NCBI RefSeq assembly: GCF_964355755.1
Contig: NC_092673.1
Coordinates: forward strand, 25,169,648-25,233,647
Length of the DNA: 64,000 nt
Direction: 5' to 3'
Source: Antedon mediterranea
Lineage: Eukaryota; Animalia; Echinodermata
Below, piece after piece: positions 42,901-54,049 of the stretch (the stretch's first letter is position 1; every line of letters starts with the position of its first letter). Both the position numbers and the translations under genes were made by a program. The notes under the pieces are model-generated. The model did not search any database. It was not told where the DNA came from and worked only from the letters and a program-made list of their open reading frames with translations.

Positions 42901-44109
42901 TTTAACAGAAGCTATGCTGGAAAAAATGGTATGAGTAAAAAAACTTGAAGAAATAACTTTTTAGTTAATCTCAATTTAGGTTTTACTTTTTAAGTTTAAC
43001 GAGAAGAGTTTGACCTTGTTTTCTACCATTTTCTCCTTTGTCAGAGTCAAAGTAGTGATAAATATTTTATATTTATGACAGACATGCAAATTATAAAAAT
43101 TATGAGATATTACGATTTTAGGGTATTATTAACCATGCACATATCGATATTGAATTATTTGTTTAATTGTACATAGATCTCTATGGTATGGATGAAATGC
43201 AATGTTTAATATATGATGATAGTAGTGTATCAAATTAACTAGAGTGGACACTCTGCTTTCCTAAAATGTATTAAAATACCTGTATAGATTTTCAAAATAT
43301 GCTTTCCCCACTGAGACTGTGCATATCTACCACTTTATTGTTTTTGCTATAAAGTATAATGTTAGGCAATGATTACTTTTCTTACTCTGGTGCCCTTGAA
43401 TTTCTTAAATTAGAGACTTTGGCTCAAAGAAGGGTGGAGCATTGTCGCAAGTTCGCTGAGTATCTCCCCAAAATTAAACAAACAGCTGATTTAATCCCAC
43501 CGACCAGACATAGCTGTCATGGTAGGAATTTAAGAAATAAAAACAAAATTACCCAGCTAGCGTCTAAAACATCCAGATTTACCAATAGCCCTATACCCTA
43601 CTTCATCAAATTACTGAATTCTTAATTTTCTCCCCTGCTAGTTTGCGACTGCTCTCCCCTTCTTTGTTGTTTTTTTTTTTTTTTTCATATTTTTTATATA
43701 TATTTATATTTTTGATATGACATGTATTTTACACGCAATTTGGCTCTTAGCCACGAGTTGTAATTTTGGTCAATTTTTTGATATTTGAAATAAAAGTGAA
43801 TAATAATAATAATAAATTGTTGCTTTTTATTACTAAATATTTACAGCTGTAATGTATGGACAAGGAACTTATTTTGCTACCTCTGCTGGTTATTCTGCCC
43901 GTGACACATATTCTAAAAAAAATGCAAATGGAGAAAAAAACATCTTCCTGTGTCACGTTCTTGTTGGTAAATGTGGTCAAGGACAACAAGGCATGTTGGC
44001 ACCACCACCTGGCTTTGACAGTGTTGGCGATAATCCTACCAATCCTCAAATTATCGTCATATTTCATGATGTTCAAGCCTATCCAAGTTATCTTATCACT
44101 TTTAAGTAA
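24947..44109 (+). CDS. PARP14: PARP14-like mono-ADP-ribosyltransferase, paralog B (complete, 25 coding exons, ~2373 aa)
   Basis: Exons: 24947-25154, 26167-26258, 28394-28769, 29370-29612, 29924-30238, 30484-30723, 31078-31335, 31620-31919, 32146-32394, 32644-32880, 32990-34639, 34805-35403, 35698-35931, 36793-37014, 37321-37396, 38266-38448, 38807-38881, 39170-39340, 39612-39815, 40135-40289, 41497-41574, 41771-42137, 42397-42548, 42754-42928, 43847-44109 (sum 7122 nt, in frame). Exon-for-exon homology and identical intron phases with paralog A; same macro, WWE and PARP motifs. Confidence 0.93.
26616..27250. mobile_element. Kolobok-like MITE (TTAA TSD), copy 2
   Basis: TTAA|AGACCCCTTCCCT...AGGGAAGGGGGCT|TTAA. 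Nearly identical along its length to 5886-6511. Confidence 0.85.
27908..27956. repeat. Perfect intronic hairpin (22-bp arms)
   Basis: TAGGCCCTAATTTTATTTTAAT-GTCCT-ATTAAAATAAAATTAGGGCCTA. Confidence 0.8.
28053..28350. mobile_element. Truncated Kolobok-like element end (family of 44550-45081)
   Basis: TTAA|AGATGTATTGTCCC terminus identical to that at 44550. No matching right TIR seen, so the end coordinate is approximate. Confidence 0.5.
36569..36735. mobile_element. Tc1/mariner-pogo-type MITE
   Basis: TA|CAGTAGAA...TTCTACCG|TA with internal AAGGGACAC-like subrepeats. Confidence 0.6.
38467..38654. mobile_element. PIF/Harbinger-type MITE
   Basis: TAA|AGTCTGTTTTTCTGTC...GACAGAAAAACAGGCT|TAA with an extended imperfect inverted repeat. 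Confidence 0.7.
40375..41320. mobile_element. Non-autonomous element ending in a ~185-bp foldback (Crypton- or Helitron-like, uncertain)
   Basis: CpG-richer intronic insert absent from the equivalent intron of paralog A. It has an internal duplication (CGATGATATTGACTGTGTAATTTTCG x2) and a terminal hairpin at 41131-41316. Left boundary approximate. Confidence 0.55.
43355..43815 (+). mobile_element. 5'-truncated LINE (CR1/L2-group) 3' end in the last intron of paralog B
   Basis: ORF2 C-terminal signature YSGALEFLKLETLAQRR...RNLRN...KTSRFTNSPIPYFIKLLN*, a 3' UTR, and an (AAT)n tail at ~43798-43815. Confidence 0.75.
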
Positions 44110-44549
44110 ATCACTTTTTTAGTACTGTATGTAGTCAACGGCACTAAACATTTGCAAATTCTTAGAAAATATTAAGTAATACTTTTTCTAAATCATGTTA
44201 ACCATAGAAGAGTAAAATCTTAATTTCATCCGTTTCATTATGATTTGTAGACAAATTAAAACTTGACAAAAATAAAGACATTTTGTTTATGCTTAGTAGT
44301 AGTTCGTAAATACAGAAGAATAGGAACTGTCATTATGAGGAACATTTGTAGCTGTACTTTGATTATTTTACCGTAATATATACAATTTATTATACAATAA
44401 TATTTGTTGGAATTTAAATTACTATCATTAAAAAAATGATGGTTTGAATTAATAAAATATCTGTGAATGATCATTGACAGTAAATTAGTAGTAGTGTTTA
44501 GTACAGTAGTAAAATTAACAATGGTACATTTAACATAAAGTTTAGTTAA

Positions 44550-45081
44550 AGATGTATTGTCCCTTGAAACACAAAAAAATGATGGTCAAAATATTCTAAA
44601 TTTAAATTTCAAAGTAATATTAAAGTTATTCACTTTAAGTCGAAAATTGAGGCAAAAACAACAAGTTTACGTAATTAACAGTTAAATTAATTCGATTACA
44701 TTTCATCTGGAAAAATCTCACAAAGTAAACAAAGATTTCAAACCACGAGTATGCATTATGCATGATGCTAATTAGGATTGTTTACAACTTGTCGCGGTTG
44801 AGAAGGTGTTTTCACACAGATCGCGAGGAAGTTTTATGATTATACATAAAGAATAGCCAAACAAGCGCGTTGCATTATGAATATGTTTTGATCGAAAACA
44901 TTGACTGGAAGTCAAAGTTATTTTTTGAACCAAAAAACGTCCGTTTCGGTTAAATTATTTTTTTTCCCAACTAATTTTTGGTGAAAGTTAATAACTATCA
45001 TGATACTTCAAAATGACCCACTTTTTTTCGAAATATTAAAAAAAAATTTTTTTTGGAATTACTCAAAGGGACAATACATCT
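44550..45081. mobile_element. Kolobok-like MITE, second family
   Basis: TTAA|AGATGTATTGTCCC...GGGACAATACATCT|TTAA with perfect 14-bp TIRs. Confidence 0.85.
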
Positions 45082-46634
45082 TTAAGTTGCAAAATAAACA
45101 CAATGGTGAACATCCAGCCATATTTTATTTATCTAGTCCTGAAGGCATGTTAGCTACAAAATTATATAATTTACCATTAATTGTAGCATAAGCGGTATTA
45201 AATATTATTGTTTTGTTAATCAACAAAAAAGTGATTATTTTGATGTTTTTTAACATTAGTAATTCCATTTTATAGACTATTCATAATATTTAAGATGCAC
45301 TTATTTTTAACATTATGTTGAAATATCAGTTAAAGTTTTCACCTTGTTTTCTTTGCAGTTCATAAACAAATTAACAAAATAATTCTTTAAACCAGCGCCA
45401 AAACACCTTGATGATTAAAATACATTCGTGATTTACTTTACATTAGCAACATAAGCCATATATAAACCACATTGCTTGTTGGTTCATGTATCAGTATTTC
45501 GTTGTGGACAGTTATAACTTTATGTTAAATACTTGGACCCAGGAATGGCGATTTAAAATAGCCCTAAAAAAGATAAGGTTTCTTGTTCAATTGCTGTAGT
45601 TACCCAATGGACCTACTGATTCAGGACTGTCCCTGCACTGGGTTTGGAGAAGCATTATATTTTCTGCAAATCTGCCAGAGCCTGAGATTGACAAAAAAGT
45701 GAAATTAATATTCTATAATTTATGTTTTTTTAAATAACTTTGATTAAGACCTACTGACAGAACTTTGAATCATGCTTTACTAATTTTGAATTTGAAAGGA
45801 TTAAATTTGTAATCATTGCATTGATTGATGCTGTATCAAGGTGGTTAGGTTAGGTTATTTTCAGGACAAGTAGTAGATAATTATGTAATAACATACCCGC
45901 AATGTATCAACATATTGAATAAAATTAATATCTCCAATAAAAACAAAGTTTTGTTTGCTTTTATATATACTAGAGGGTGAGCTCGCTTCGCTCGCTCCCC
46001 CTCTAGGAAGTGTAGACGATGGTTCTCGGAATGATAAGGTTCTCCTTATACGTTTTCTGTCGGTTACCATTATTGAAAATGCTTGACATTCGTAAAACTA
46101 AACTACTTTGTTTCACAGTGTTTTAGATGATTAATAACATTTTAAAGTATAGTTTTTATTGTTTGGTAGGGCCCTTTGAGGAGGCGGAGGTCATTTGAGG
46201 GAGGTGCTTATTCGAGGGATATATGTTAAATTTTTTAGTTTTAATAATATGGTAACATTTATAATCAAATGAAATCCTCTAATAGATATGAAAAGTGCTA
46301 AAAAAGAATAACAAATGCTTGGTAAATTGTAGATAACAGTGCGGTGAATTCTACTACAAATAGTATAATTGTGTTATTATAAATATGTGGATGGACGTTT
46401 ATTAGATAGTTGGGTTGGGGGGGGGGGGGGAGGGTTATTATTCAAAGTGATGTTTTATTGGAGAGGCGTTTATTCAAATGAATACCATCCTAATAATTAT
46501 TAATATATTATTTAATTTAATCATCTTTTGAAACTAACTGCCGTGACAGAGTGGGCCCAAGAAGAAGACATTACGGCTTGCAACATGGGCAGACATCTCG
46601 GTCCTAACGGGACACATGAAGATAGCCTACAGTT

Positions 46635-47219
46635 AATAATAATAATAATAATAATATTTATTCGGTCATCAATGTAAAAATAACCAGGAATGAGAATAGG
46701 CTAAAGCCCAAACAGATTCTGCACTCACTCCATACAATACAATCAGTTAAAGATAAAACCATATACAAGAAAAATACAAATAAATTATACATAACATGAA
46801 ATATAGTGTTTTGTTAGAGCAGCCTTAAATATTGAAATTGTTTGTGAATCTTTTATGTCATTTGGTATTTGCTCCCATAGTCTAGGAAAGGAAACAAATA
46901 CAGAATTATGAAAAGTATTGCCTTTCGAATTCCAACGTAAAAGCCTACCCGGACATCTTTCACTAGTTTTAATATACTCATTGAAAGAATGGGGACAGTA
47001 ACCTTTCAACACCTTAAATCCTAATGAAAGTCTATGTAATTTAAACAAGTCATCAATAGATAATAATTCAAGCACTTTCAACCTATGAAAATAAGATGTG
47101 TCCCAGGAACCTTCCTTTCTAAACATTATTATCCTTGTTGCTTTCCTTTGTATACTTTCTATTCTATTAATATTTGATTTCTCAAATGGTGCCCACATTG
47201 AACAACAGTAGGCCTTCAC
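46635..47219 (-). mobile_element. 5'-truncated CR1/L2-group LINE 3' end
   Basis: YCCSMWAPFEKSNINRIESIQRKATRII...LELLSI...RLWEQIPNDIK...SIFKAAL is a typical ORF2 C-terminus. (ATT)n tail at 46635-46657. Confidence 0.8.
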
Positions 47220-47804
47220 ACACGCGCGGTATGTTTTAAAATAAACAAAAAACTGAAATGGCTAATTAATGGCAGTTCGTCTTCCAAAGGGACACTGTAT
47301 TGATTGATGGAAAGTGCCTGTTTCCAGTCACCTTTAGGGTCAAATCTATTATTTTAACTGCTCCCTTGTGTATAAAAGAGAGAAAATATTTGAAACCAGG
47401 TTGTTTCAAGGTGAACTTATCTTAAACCCGGAAATTACTTTGACCGGGAAGAATTGAAATTGAGATGAAAATCTAATGTTGAAATCATAAATTATTGTGT
47501 TAAAAAACTCTTTATAATATCTTCCTAAGATAGAAATATGGAACAATAGCGTCGCTGTGAACACTAATGTTATCAAATCTACGTTTCGCGGTACATCTCA
47601 GATAGATAAGGTAGGTATCCAAGGCGGAGATTTGTACCGAAGTTTTTGCATTGTGCTCACCTATGTCAGAATTAACCATAATTTATATATAGATAACTGT
47701 ATATACAGTATAATATAGAGAAATAATGGGATGAGGTGGGAGTGAATTATCGCAACGTAACAGACGCAACGTAAGAAAATACAATTTTGCATTCCACACT
47801 ATAA

Positions 47805-48018
47805 AGCTTGGTTCCCAGTAGCGACGCAACTTAACGCAACCTACACAACGTAAGAAAATCCCCTTCCAATAATTGTGTTTTCCCCCGCCTGTGTGAAATC
47901 AAACCTGCGATTTTTGCAGCATTGTTGCGTCATCTTCGTCGGTTCCAACTTGTGATTACGCAATACATCTCTTTGCGTCAATAACGTCGCTGCGTTGCGT
48001 TCTAGTGGGAACCACGCT
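47805..48018. mobile_element. PIF/Harbinger-type MITE (truncated relative at 56889-57002)
   Basis: TAA|AGCTTGGTTCCCAGTAG...CTAGTGGGAACCACGCT|TTA with ACGCA subrepeats. Confidence 0.7.
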
Positions 48019-48229
48019 TTACACCAAGGAAATCCATTGCCTTGCTCTTACGAGAAGTTGAATCATCACTTTTGAGACGCAAATCAGAAAACGATGTTGA
48101 AAAATGGCGTCACAGAACCGTGATTAAGTGGTTCACGCTTCCCACACTAATTAGGCCTAGTGTTGTAGGCCTACTGTATAGTAGCTAGATCAACTTTCGT
48201 ATGCACTTTGAGGTCCAGAGAATTTGACT

Positions 48230-48860
48230 TCAGAAATTGGTTTAGGATGGTCAAACAATCATTATTGGCTTGGTTACACATTTTGAAAATGTGGCGAAAG
48301 GTCAAAAGGTCAGGGTGAAAGGTTATCAAACTAAACACCAATAGATCCTTAAATCTCGACAACCACTGGTCACAGCGAGGTAATTTTGGTCTCAAATTGA
48401 TCAGAAGGTATACATTTATATTCAGTCTAATGGGACATTTTAGTCAAAAATGACCGAAAATGCCATTTCTGACCTTTGACCCACACCCCAGGGCATGTAT
48501 GTATCTCCGTAACAACTGATCGTAGACACTTGAATTTGGTCTTAAATTGTTTGAAATAAACATTTTGTTATTTGTAGCACATTTTTTAAAATGTTACAAA
48601 AGGTCAAAGGGTCAAGGTCAAAGGTTATATGAACAAATATAAATAGATACTTGTATCTCGGCAACCACTCGTCGCAGCAAGTCAATTTTAGTCTCAAAAT
48701 GTTCAGAAGGCATGCTTTCATATTCAATCTAATGGGACATTTTAGTCAAAAATTATCAGAAATGCCATTTCTGACCTTTGACCCACATATCATGGCATCT
48801 TCATATCTCTGTAAGTACTGGTCGTAGAAACTTAAATTTGGTATCAAATTGTTCGAAATA
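48230..48860. repeat. Diverged tandem duplication, ~302-bp period
   Basis: AATGGGACATTTTAGTCAAAAA...ATGCCATTTCTGACCTTTGACCCACA occurs at ~48429 and ~48731; flanking blocks also align. Confidence 0.7.
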
Positions 48861-50389
48861 TACATATTTACATTCATTGTAATAGAAAATGTGGTTAAAA
48901 GATGAACAGAAATACTGTACTATTACTAATGTTTCAAACAAAAAACATATCTCTACATAACTTATCCTTAGACAGTAATGTTATGCAATAACTGATACTT
49001 TAAATTGTTTCAATTTCAAGTACTAGTTATTGCTGTCACCAAGAACATTTTGATAGAAACGTCAAGCTCAACAGTTCTTTTCAGAATGCTAGAAGTAACT
49101 TGCCATGTGTATCCGATTAAACTCCCCGGGCGTTTATTGTTCAAATGGGTTTTTAGGGGGAGGGGAGGCATCTTTATTTGGGGTATAATATGGTAATATG
49201 TATAATCAAATAAATACCACCTAGATGTAAAAAAAAATACAGCACAATTAATATCAAAAAGTGAAAAAAATGCTTGGTAAATTGTAGATTATGGTAGTTA
49301 ATGTGATCTGGATTTATTATAATTGCGTTTTATTAAAGACTGCAAAATCTCCCTAGATAATTTTTTTTCGAAAGAGCTACGCGCGTGAATACTTTAGTGA
49401 AATTCGAGCATTTACTGACAGATGGTTGAAATGACACGTGCTCTTGGTGTTGCACGTTTATGTTACGTTTGTCAACGGTTCTAACATTTAAACATACTGT
49501 ATTTAATAATGTGTTACTATCATCATCATCCGAGTGTACTACGTCAACTAAGTGATTTTTATGTTCCCTCCTTTTTAGACGATTTTGGAAATCGATTAAC
49601 TATTGTTATGGCACTTTTTTTGGTCAATCTATATTTTCCACACTTTTTTTCTAATACAATTAGATCATCTTTAATTAGGCCTAATTTTTAAAATTGTTTT
49701 TGACCAAATAAATAAAAAAAATGAACAGTTAACTGACCGATGTTTTCTCAATATAAATGTATTATATGTTGTCGATAGTTGTTGAGAAAAAAATATAATT
49801 ACAAACTCTACTATGACACGCATGTAAACACAAAACTCTACTATGACACGCATGTAAACACATACAGCATTTACTTCTCTAACGTCAAGAAACTCGACAA
49901 TGTAATGGTTTATAATTCATTCTCTACTATGACACACATGTAAACACAAACAACATTTACTTCTCTAACGTCAAGCAACTCGACAATTTAATTGTTTTAT
50001 AGGCCTAATTCTTTAAAGAATACCGATTTACCCTTTATGACATTCTAACTGTAATTATAGCAGTGAAGGTGTAAACATCTAGTTATTCACCATTGTGTTA
50101 TTTACTAACATCGAAAACATCCAATGTATAAGTATACCCTTCTTATAACTTGTGTCAGATGTTGCAGTAATTAGTTCCGTAAACTAAGTTTGATATTCGC
50201 CATAACACTATGTCATATCATCAAACGACTTGTCAAAGTAATTATTCTCTAAAAGATTGTTAACAAATACCGATTTACCGAAGGAAAGCGGTCCTCTAAT
50301 CACGCTAAACATCCAGTCATTGTCATTGCGTTCTTAACTTGAATTTTCATATAAGTACTGAACAAAAAGAACAAGAATCATGAAACAAC

Positions 50390-51060
50390 TATTTTTTATG
50401 TAACAAAATTTAATGACAAAATAAATTTTACAACAAAATTAATGATAAATTTAAATTTATGTAAAAAAAGATTCTTGATAAATTATTTGTTATGTAACGA
50501 ATTTCATGAAAATGTTTGTTTCTTGTGTAACATGTTTCTGAATCTGAAATTAATCGACATACTAAATAAAGAAGAAATCTATAATCACAATTAAATTTAT
50601 AAACAAATATTGATTCCCATACAAAAAAAAAGTATAAATAAATTCAATTATTTACGAAAAAAAAAAATGCATAAATGATATTTACAAAATAATTACAAAG
50701 GTTAAAAGTAAATTCTTTTATTTACAAGAATATTACACAAACAAGACTTAACAACTTCAACAAACTACTGAGCAAATGGACTGAATTACAAAATATTTTA
50801 TTCAACAACAACATAATTTTTTTATGTTACATACGTTTGATAAAATCAATTGATGCAACTAATTCTTTGCAAAATAATTTTCTGTTACAAACTTCTTGTA
50901 AAAAATAAATTTTTGTAACAAATTTCTTTACAAAATTATTTTTATGTAACAAATTTATCTTCACAAATATTTTTATGAAACAAACTTCTTAACAAATTTA
51001 TCTTATGTAACAAATTTCTTTACAAAATTATTTGTATGTAACAAATGTCCTTGAAAATAT
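50390..51060. repeat. Degenerate AT-rich ~30-bp tandem repeats
   Basis: Recurring TTTATGTAACAAATTTCTT(T/G)ACAAAATTA-like units at 50390-50530 and 50860-51060. Another 30-bp repeat, CAAAACTCTACTATGACACGCATGTAAACA, lies at 49800-49950. Confidence 0.65.
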
Positions 51061-51731
51061 ATCTAACATGACATAAATTAAATTTAAATATGTTTTATTA
51101 ACATAATGACAGGTAAATAAAATTATAACACTGAATCATTATTTTTTTTTTTACTTTTTTTATAGGCCTATGCTGTTTTATTAGTATGTATTTTTTTTTT
51201 TTTCACAATCATAAATGAACAATAAACCTAATTACGGCCTAAATTAAATAAATGTACAAAGTAAATTCAGTATAATATATTTTATTTATTTTTGACAACT
51301 ATCTTGACAAAATTTAATTATGTTATACGGTATTTATTCTATTCAAAGTGTGTCATCCTTTGTAAATGTCATTAGCTTCTGTCGGAACAATGGGTTTCTT
51401 TTCTTTGATCATGTAGATTTCCAATTTCAATCCATTTCTATATGTCTAATCTGCAATCATTAATTTCCGTTCGCTCTTTTTTTGTTTATAAAATCTCTCA
51501 CTATACTAAGGATTAAAAATTACAATCGGCTCCGTATATTCACATTTTTTTACCAAATTAAATGTTAATGTTGTAACTTTCTAAACACAAATAAATCACA
51601 TAAATAATAAAAACACATTTCCTGACAAAATTAGTTTCTATGTTACAACTTCTTTTAAAAACAAAAATAAAGGTTTTAAGTTGTAACTTTCTTGGTAATT
51701 ACATCCATTATCATTTGTTTTGTCGAGCGTT

Positions 51732-52296
51732 ATGGTTGATTTAGAGGAAGTAGTTTTAGCATACATTGAATATAAATTGACGGGGTTAGTTGTTTTGGAT
51801 TCACCCATCCTCCAGAGTACTATTCGTGCTTGTAAAGAGTTGGAAAACAATTTTAATGTGTTAGAATTGTGTAAAGATATTTCTTTGGAAGCGCTGTATT
51901 ATGTATTAGAACAAATGATGAGCGATAGAAAAATAAACGTCGGCAGACTTGTGACAGGACTCGTTGTATGTACATGTGTTGCGACACAATGTGACACTGA
52001 ATTGCAGTTAGAAAATGTAAAACGTGTCTCCTGTGGATTTTTCAAGGAAAAGTTTTCGTTATTTGAACTTCGTAATGACGATGAGTCGGTTAGTATGTTT
52101 CGTTTTTTGTTCGTGGGTAGTTTAACAAATATTCTTAAATTATTCATTTTATTTATAATGCGCGTGTTTTGTTTACTAATTATTTTTATTTATTATTTTC
52201 GTTCAGAATTTGTCTCTGTGTAGGAAGGGAGATGTTTTTTTCAAAGCAGTGGCATTTTTAGTGACTGGTATGGTGTTAACGCTTGTTTTTCGTTGA
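51732..52296 (+). CDS. Bcl-2-family protein, two exons (51732-52088, 52207-52296), 148 aa
   Basis: BH4-like EEVVLAYIEYKL, BH3-like STIRACKELENNF, BH1-like VLEQMMSDRKINVGRLVTGLVV. Phase-0 intron GTTAGT...TACTAAT...TTCGTTCAG (52089-52206) joins to NLSLCRKGDVFFKAVAFLVTGMVLTLVFR*, a tail anchor. TATAAAA at ~51487; AATAAA at 52415. Confidence 0.75.
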
Positions 52297-53384
52297 ATGT
52301 CTTCAGATGTTTCGTCTAGTCATCAAAACAAATTATTATGAACACCATATTGTATTGATCTCTCTAATTACTTTTAGATGTGTTATCATTTATCTAAAAT
52401 GTATATTTCTCAATAATAAACATTTACTTTATAAATTTTGTAAAAATACATTTATAATATGCCTTCTTATTGAAAGTGTCGTTACAAACCGTGCGTCTCA
52501 AATTTGTTTCCTTTTGTGTGCGTTTTTATATCAGTACGTATTGTGTCTTTCTTAAAAGATTTAAAATTGAAAACACGTATAAAATGAAATTCATTTTGAA
52601 AAAAAGAAATTGTATTTAAATTTAATAAGTCTATACTTTATACATTTTGTATGTTTATTTTTGTAATATTACTTATTATATATAAAATATAACTACTGTT
52701 AAAAATACTACTGTTTAAAATAAAAAATAAAAAGTAAACAGAATATTTTTAATCACAATCATTTAATATGTATGTTTGCAATTACATTTAACAAATTCAA
52801 AAACTTCATACACGAGTTAAACAACACGCAAAGATCAAATTTCATTTTTGTTGTTGACGTTAAAAACAAAATGTATTTCAATACACATTCTATTGTAATA
52901 CACTTTACAAAATATAATTTTTAATCGCAATCATTTATTTTGTATGTTTGCAATTACATTTAACAAATTCAAAAACTTGTTTTCTTTTTTTTTTTTTTTT
53001 TTAAATAAATTAGAAAAACATCATACACGAATTAAACAACACGCAAAGATAAAATTTCATTTTTTGTTGTTGATGTTAAAAACAAAATGTATTTCAATAC
53101 ACATTCTACTTCAACAGAAAAGAAAAAAATTAAGTAAAGTCAAGAAATAAACTTATCATGAATTAAAATAGGAAAACTACTTTTACAAATTTACACTGAC
53201 ATAAATTAAGTCAAAACATAATTAATTTATTTTATTAAACAAATCTATTGCAATACACTTTACAAACATAATAATAATAAAAATTCAACAGAAAATAAAA
53301 CAAATTAAATTAATTCGAAAAATAAATTTACCATGAATTAAAATAGGGTAACTACTTTTACAAATTTATAATACAAAATAAATA

Positions 53385-53571
53385 TTAAGTGAGATTTTGG
53401 TTTACGGGTTATTTTGTTAGGATTAGTTGTTGTTATTTTTTCCAGTCCGATTCCTCGTACCATGCTACCAACTATTTCAAAATTGACTTCCTTTGATTTT
53501 TGGAAATCTAGAGTCAAACCTTTGATTTTGCAAACAGTTTGTCTGAATCAAATTTTATACACGTTATTTTT
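53385..53571 (-). pseudogene. Remnant of Polinton protein-primed DNA polymerase B (C-terminal part)
   Basis: Minus strand reads KNNVYKI*FRQTVCKIKGLTLDFQKSKEVNFEIVGSMV...ITTTNPNKITRKPK. This resembles the pPolB PKxYxY...TVCKVKGFTLN...INF...ITR region. Confidence 0.7.
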
Positions 53572-53794
53572 CCAAATCCATTCTCCATTGTTCATCAATA
53601 GCACTTACAAGTACCCAGTTTTGTTTGAATTTACGTTGAATGGATGTGTGTAATGTATTGCTTGTTCAGTCAGTCTTGAACTTGTCTCTTGGTAATATTT
53701 AAATCGTCTTTTACATTTTGATAAAGTCGGTCCACACCACCAAAACTATCAGGATGCTTAGGATCTTAATATACTTTTCTTAAGTATCATCCAT
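53572..53794 (-). pseudogene. Remnant of Polinton retroviral-like integrase (N-terminus)
   Basis: Minus strand, with frameshifts and stops: YLRKVY*DPKHPDSFGGVDRLYQNVKDDLNITKRQVQD*LNKQ...IQRKFKQNWVLVSAIDEQWRMDL. This matches the Maverick integrase start (YYDP..PGSFGG..KLY...V..WL..Q...RKF.R..V.V..ID.QWQ.DL). Confidence 0.8.
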
Positions 53795-54049
53795 ATTCAT
53801 TACCCTCATTCACCCAAATGAAAATTAAAAAAATAAATCAAATACTTAAATAACACGCAAAGATCAAATTTCATTTTTGTTGTTGTTGCTTTTAAAAGAA
53901 AAAAACACAACCTTTATTTTAACACACATTCTATTTCAATATAATTTATAACCATAATAATAATAAATTTACCGAAAAGAAATAAGAATTATAAAATTAT
54001 GTAACATTAATTAAAAAAGTGTTAAGATATTATTTTAAATTTGTACAAA

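Noticed and set aside
8357-44122. Treating the many 60-570 aa ORFs as separate genes of an operon
   Set aside because: They are exons bounded by GT-AG sites with consistent phases; the ORF starts and ends run into intron sequence.
44480-44512. AGTAGTAGT as the missing left Maverick terminus
   Set aside because: The following sequence does not match the right-end TIR (AGTAGTATAGTTCCCCG), and there is no matching 6-bp TSD.
49800-51060. CRISPR-like array from ~30-bp repeats
   Set aside because: The repeats are adjacent or degenerate with no unique equal-length spacers, there are no cas genes, and the context is eukaryotic.
51720-52223. Unspliced 167-aa version of the Bcl-2-like ORF as the main product
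   Set aside because: It has a non-ATG start, and its last 44 codons are T-rich intron-like sequence with donor, branch point and acceptor. The spliced form gives a more typical tail anchor. Kept only as a possible retained-intron isoform.
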